Below, one piece after another: positions 28,784 through 32,000 of a DNA stretch of 32,000 bases (the first letter of the stretch is position 1; the number at the start of each line of letters is the position of its first letter). Origin of the DNA: Gammaproteobacteria bacterium (GTDB lineage: Bacteria; Pseudomonadota; Gammaproteobacteria; JBIOEC01). The translations under genes were made by a program, and so were the position numbers. The stretch spans positions 600,001 to 632,000 of the forward strand of contig OZ257143.1 in NCBI GenBank assembly GCA_965279305.1, written 5' to 3'. Below the pieces are notes generated by a model. It was not told the DNA's origin. It searched no databases and saw only the letters and a program-made list of their open reading frames with translations.

Positions 28784-30042
28784 CGTGCTGTAACAAGCTC
28801 ATTCCATTGAGTGGTATAGGCAGGCGATCGCTTATCACAACGTGCTTGCCAGGTTCTACTGGTTCCTTGTGCTGCAATAAAAACCGTATGAGAACCCATG
28901 CGTTGATTAATATTATCCATCAGTTGCATTCTGCTATTTGCTTTTTCATCTTTTTCAGGGGAATAAAAAAGATCCGATTGATTCATGGTTTCTTGTGTTA
29001 AATCTAATAAAATCACTCCTGTTTTTTTATAATATAAACCAGGGCGAAAAATACGCGATAATGCTTTTTTAGCTTCGGCAATAATAAAGCAAGTATCTTG
29101 AGTAGGATGAGCAAACGCGCATGAGAGCCCTCTACTATAATAATCCACATTAATATTAAACCGATTTGTTTTTAGCATAACATGTACACCTTGCGCATAA
29201 CTCCCCTGCTCTCGCAATTTTTCGCATGCTCTAGCGGTATAATGAGAAAGAGCTTCAGCAACATCATCGTAACTCGTTAATGTTTTACCAAACGATCGGG
29301 CGGAACGAATATTTTTAGAAGGCTCAGAAAAAGAATCTAACGATAAACACGCACGGCCTTGCAGCTCATATAATATTTTTTCGCCATACACGCTAAAGTG
29401 TTTACGAATAAATTTAGGATCGCTATCTCGAAATTGTTTGGCTGTAGCAATGCCCAAATCGCGCGCTTTTAGCGCCGACTGATAGCCAATGCCCCAAATA
29501 TCTCCTACAGGGGTTTCATTTAATATTTTATTTTGTAAAAAAGGATCGCTTAAATTACATACTCCTATGGTTTTGTTTCGCTTAGCAATCAGGTTCGCCA
29601 ATTTCGCCAATACTTTGGTGGGTGCTATTCCAATAGAAACGGGAATACCTGTCCATTGTTTTACTTTGTGGCGGATGAGTTTGGCGTATTGGGTGACGCC
29701 TTCGTGCACAAAACTATCCAGCTGTAAAAAAGCTTCATCAATAGAATAAACTTCCATTTCTGGGCAAAAATGATGCAAGGTAGACATCACCCGATCTGAC
29801 ATGTCGCCGTAGAGTTGATAATTAGAAGAAAACACATGAATACGGTGTTGGCGGCAAATATCTTTATATTGGTAATAAGCCTTACCCATAGGCACCAAAG
29901 GCTTGGCTTCGTTAGAGCGTGAAATCACACAACCATCATTATTGGAAAGAATAACAATAGGTTTGTTTTCCAAAGAGGGGTTAAATACCCTTTCACACGA
30001 GGCATAAAAATTATTGCAGTCGACTAGCGCAAATATAGGCAT
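28780..30042 (-). CDS. umuC: Y-family translesion DNA polymerase, UmuC-like
   Basis: 420 aa with N-terminal FALVDCNNFYASCERVF, ILSNNDGCVISRS and YSIDEAF blocks typical of UmuC/Pol V. No UmuD-like (S24 peptidase) ORF is adjacent. Confidence 0.9.
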   Translation of the reverse strand: MPIFALVDCNNFYASCERVFNPSLENKPIVILSNNDGCVISRSNEAKPLVPMGKAYYQYKDICRQHRIHVFSSNYQLYGDMSDRVMSTLHHFCPEMEVYSIDEAFLQLDSFVHEGVTQYAKLIRHKVKQWTGIPVSIGIAPTKVLAKLANLIAKRNKTIGVCNLSDPFLQNKILNETPVGDIWGIGYQSALKARDLGIATAKQFRDSDPKFIRKHFSVYGEKILYELQGRACLSLDSFSEPSKNIRSARSFGKTLTSYDDVAEALSHYTARACEKLREQGSYAQGVHVMLKTNRFNINVDYYSRGLSCAFAHPTQDTCFIIAEAKKALSRIFRPGLYYKKTGVILLDLTQETMNQSDLFYSPEKDEKANSRMQLMDNINQRMGSHTVFIAAQGTSRTWQARCDKRSPAYTTQWNELVTAR

Positions 30043-30101
30043 GATGGTTCCTTGCTTTTAATAAAGAATATCGTACAATAATCAAAATAGCAAGGTAGAA
30101 T

Positions 30102-30890
30102 TTAGGGGATGTGGGCGTGAGTGATAAGGCCAGCGAGTGTCCAGGCTTTTAATAATGAAGCCGCGCGTAGTGCAATATGTTCATCTTCTTGTGAATAGTT
30201 AGCTAAGCCTTCACATATTTCTCCAAAGGTAGCGCCTGCTTGCATGGCATCGATAGCCCAGGCTTCATCTTCTGCTATAGAGCAAAAGTGATTCATTAAA
30301 TCGTTTCGCCAAAAAATCCAAGGTACAGGTGTTTCATTTATTTCAGGCGCAGGCGGATCTTCTTCATTATTTAAGGCTTGCCATAGCGCTACTACATTCC
30401 ACGATAAATTGACGCGATGCAAAGAAGGATGCGGCTGTAATTTCATATTTATCCAATCGTTAGGTGATATATGAGACAGCGTTTCTATAGATATACTCTG
30501 TGCATTTTCTGAATCAAATACCAGCGCCATTAACCATTCTATTTGTGCTAGTTCGGCTAGGTATGGATAGTTTTGATAAACACGGTGTTGTTTTAAAAAA
30601 ACAGCTAAATGATCTCCAAACCAGCGGATAGAACGAAAGGTAGAAGGATAAACATCGGCATATTCATTTCCCAAAGTGTTAAATCTTTCCTCTCCCATAT
30701 AGATTAAAAGGGCTGGATAGGTAATGGTTAATGTTTCAATTAAACGAGATTTGTAAGCATGGGCATAAATAGCTAAGCGTTTTTCTGCAGAGACATTTTT
30801 TGTGCTGACAATGGAATTTTTAATTTGTAGTTTTTGTGGATCTAATAAGTGTTGTTGAAATGCGTTTTGTAATAAGGGTAGTTCGCTCAT
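30102..30890 (-). CDS. DUF2063-family protein (HvfC/BufC-like partner of DUF692 enzymes)
   Basis: 262 aa. The pattern LQNAFQQHLL...RLAIYAHAYKSRLIETL...YPAL...G...F..L...Y....PS...S.RWFGDHL..FL is typical of DUF2063. Its ATGA start overlaps the upstream DUF692 gene's stop. Confidence 0.83.
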   Translation of the reverse strand: MSELPLLQNAFQQHLLDPQKLQIKNSIVSTKNVSAEKRLAIYAHAYKSRLIETLTITYPALLIYMGEERFNTLGNEYADVYPSTFRSIRWFGDHLAVFLKQHRVYQNYPYLAELAQIEWLMALVFDSENAQSISIETLSHISPNDWINMKLQPHPSLHRVNLSWNVVALWQALNNEEDPPAPEINETPVPWIFWRNDLMNHFCSIAEDEAWAIDAMQAGATFGEICEGLANYSQEDEHIALRAASLLKAWTLAGLITHAHIP

Positions 30891-31738
30891 GCCGGTGTTT
30901 CCATAGCTAAATGGTGTTTTGCTATTTGACGTGCATGATTAAGTTCTTTTATAAGCTCTTCTAGAGGAGGAATATGATCATCACGCTCAATCATAGTAGA
31001 AATGGGGCCAAAACGTTTTAGTGTTTTGTCATAGAGATCCCAGACCGGATCGACAATAGGATGATCATGTGTATCAATAATGCAATCATCTAAACGAGAA
31101 TGTCCTGCTAAATGAATTTGAAACACTCTATCTAACGGCAATGCGTTAATATAATCTACAGGATTAAATTCATGATTAACGGAACTTACATAAACATTAT
31201 TAACATCTAATAAAATAAGACAATCCGCTTTTTCGGCAATAGCAGATAAAAATTCCCATTCAGACATTACCGATTGTTGATAGGTAATATAGCTCGAGAG
31301 ATTTTCAATTAAGATGCGTTGTCCTAAAAAATCTTGTACTTGATGTATACGAGAAGCAACATGATTGATGGCTTCTTCTGTGTAAGGTAATGGTAATAAA
31401 TCATGCATGTTTTTTTGATCAACACCTGTCCAACAAAGATGATCCGATAACCATTGAGGTTTTACCCGCTCCATTAAAGTTTTCACTTGGCGCAAATAAT
31501 CCCAATCGATAGGATCGGTGCTGCCTATCGATAAAGACACACCATGCATTACCATAGGATATTTTTCGCGAATTCGATCCAGATAATATAACGGTTTGCC
31601 GCCAGGAACTAAGTAATTTTCGGTTAAAATTTCGAGCCAATCTACAGGAGGGTTGTTATTCAAAATAGCCTCGTAATGATCGGGTCTTAAACCTAATCCG
31701 AAGCCTAAAAATTTTTTGTGTGGGGTTGAATATGTCAT
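30887..31738 (-). CDS. DUF692/UPF0276 family enzyme (multinuclear non-haem iron oxidase type; MbnB/HvfB/BufB-like)
   Basis: 283 aa. The blocks GFGLGLRPDHY, VDWLEILTENY, MHGVSLSIGS, LSDHLCW, LIENLSSY, LLDVNNVYVS and IHLAGHS are characteristic of DUF692 TIM-barrel proteins. Confidence 0.9.
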   Translation of the reverse strand: MTYSTPHKKFLGFGLGLRPDHYEAILNNNPPVDWLEILTENYLVPGGKPLYYLDRIREKYPMVMHGVSLSIGSTDPIDWDYLRQVKTLMERVKPQWLSDHLCWTGVDQKNMHDLLPLPYTEEAINHVASRIHQVQDFLGQRILIENLSSYITYQQSVMSEWEFLSAIAEKADCLILLDVNNVYVSSVNHEFNPVDYINALPLDRVFQIHLAGHSRLDDCIIDTHDHPIVDPVWDLYDKTLKRFGPISTMIERDDHIPPLEELIKELNHARQIAKHHLAMETPA

Positions 31739-31752
31739 CGTGTTTTAGAATT

Positions 31753-31786
31753 AAAAAGCGCGCTTAGACTAGCCAAACGCGCTTTA
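31753..31786 (-). promoter_or_regulatory. intergenic stem-loop between precursor ORF and DUF692 gene
   Basis: An 8-bp stem, aaagcgcg (31785-31778 on the minus strand) / cgcgcttt (31762-31755), has a 15-nt loop. A short T-run follows it on the minus strand. It lies in the 67-bp spacer. Confidence 0.4.
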
Positions 31787-31805
31787 TTTTACAGCAGATG
31801 CATTA

Positions 31806-32000
31806 TTATTGATTATTTTGGTTCATATGATCTTTGATCATTGTGCCGCCTTTAGCTTTACAATCAGCTGCAGACATTTCCATAACGCCTTTACCTTTGC
31901 AAGAATTCATTCCTTTGCAAGAGTTCATTGATGTTTTGCATTGACCGTGGCCTTTACATGAGTTAACACCTTCACATTTAACCATGTGGTTTGTGCCCAT
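31806..32000 (-). CDS. Cys-rich small protein, putative RiPP precursor/substrate of the DUF692-DUF2063 pair (5' end probably beyond window)
   Basis: The 64 visible residues are MGTNHMVKCEGVNSCKGHGQCKTSMNSCKGMNSCKGKGVMEMSAADCKAKGGTMIKDHMNQNNQ. They contain six Cys, three of them in (M/V)NSCKG repeats. The frame is open right to the window edge, so a leader or signal peptide may lie upstream. Confidence 0.7.
   Translation of the reverse strand: MGTNHMVKCEGVNSCKGHGQCKTSMNSCKGMNSCKGKGVMEMSAADCKAKGGTMIKDHMNQNNQ

Noticed and set aside
30043-30101. LexA/SOS box upstream of umuC
   Set aside because: No CTGT-N8-ACAG-type palindrome is present. The closest string (ttgtacgatattcttt) lacks the conserved ACAG half.

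Overview
This window is the replication-origin neighbourhood of an AT-rich gammaproteobacterium. By eye the housekeeping proteins look Legionellales-like, but that is unverified. The conserved backbone on the minus strand is rsmG-mnmG, then mnmE-yidC-yidD-rnpA-rpmH. An ~830-bp rpmH/dnaA intergenic region follows, with an AT-rich tract and a cluster of DnaA-box-like 9-mers (putative oriC). On the plus strand come dnaA-dnaN, then recF-gyrB. Several accessory blocks interrupt this backbone. (1) A translationally coupled rimK + AstE/AspA-family deacylase pair and a 339-aa orphan lie between mnmE and mnmG. (2) A 6.5-kb block lies between dnaN and recF: a signal-peptide VanX/DdpX-like dipeptidase, two tandem potF paralogues, a convergent potGHI operon and a 55-codon tail-anchored small ORF. 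(3) Downstream of gyrB are a 528-aa orphan, gmhB, a BON-domain protein, an MFS exporter and an orphan umuC. (4) At the right edge is a cassette of a Cys-rich small peptide, a DUF692 (MNIO-type) enzyme and a DUF2063 partner. This looks like a RiPP/metallophore (HvfABC/bufferin-like) system with an unusual (M/V)NSCKG-repeat precursor, and the window end cuts it. The most unexpected non-coding signal is a 112-bp repeat family (30-bp arm, 52-nt core, 30-bp arm). It has one copy near oriC and one between recF and gyrB. The arms differ in sequence but stay complementary, and four of the six core substitutions fall in compensatory pairs, which suggests a structured RNA or DNA element. I saw no rRNA, tRNA, CRISPR array or recognisable transposase. 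All functional calls rest on motif recognition by eye, with no searches run.
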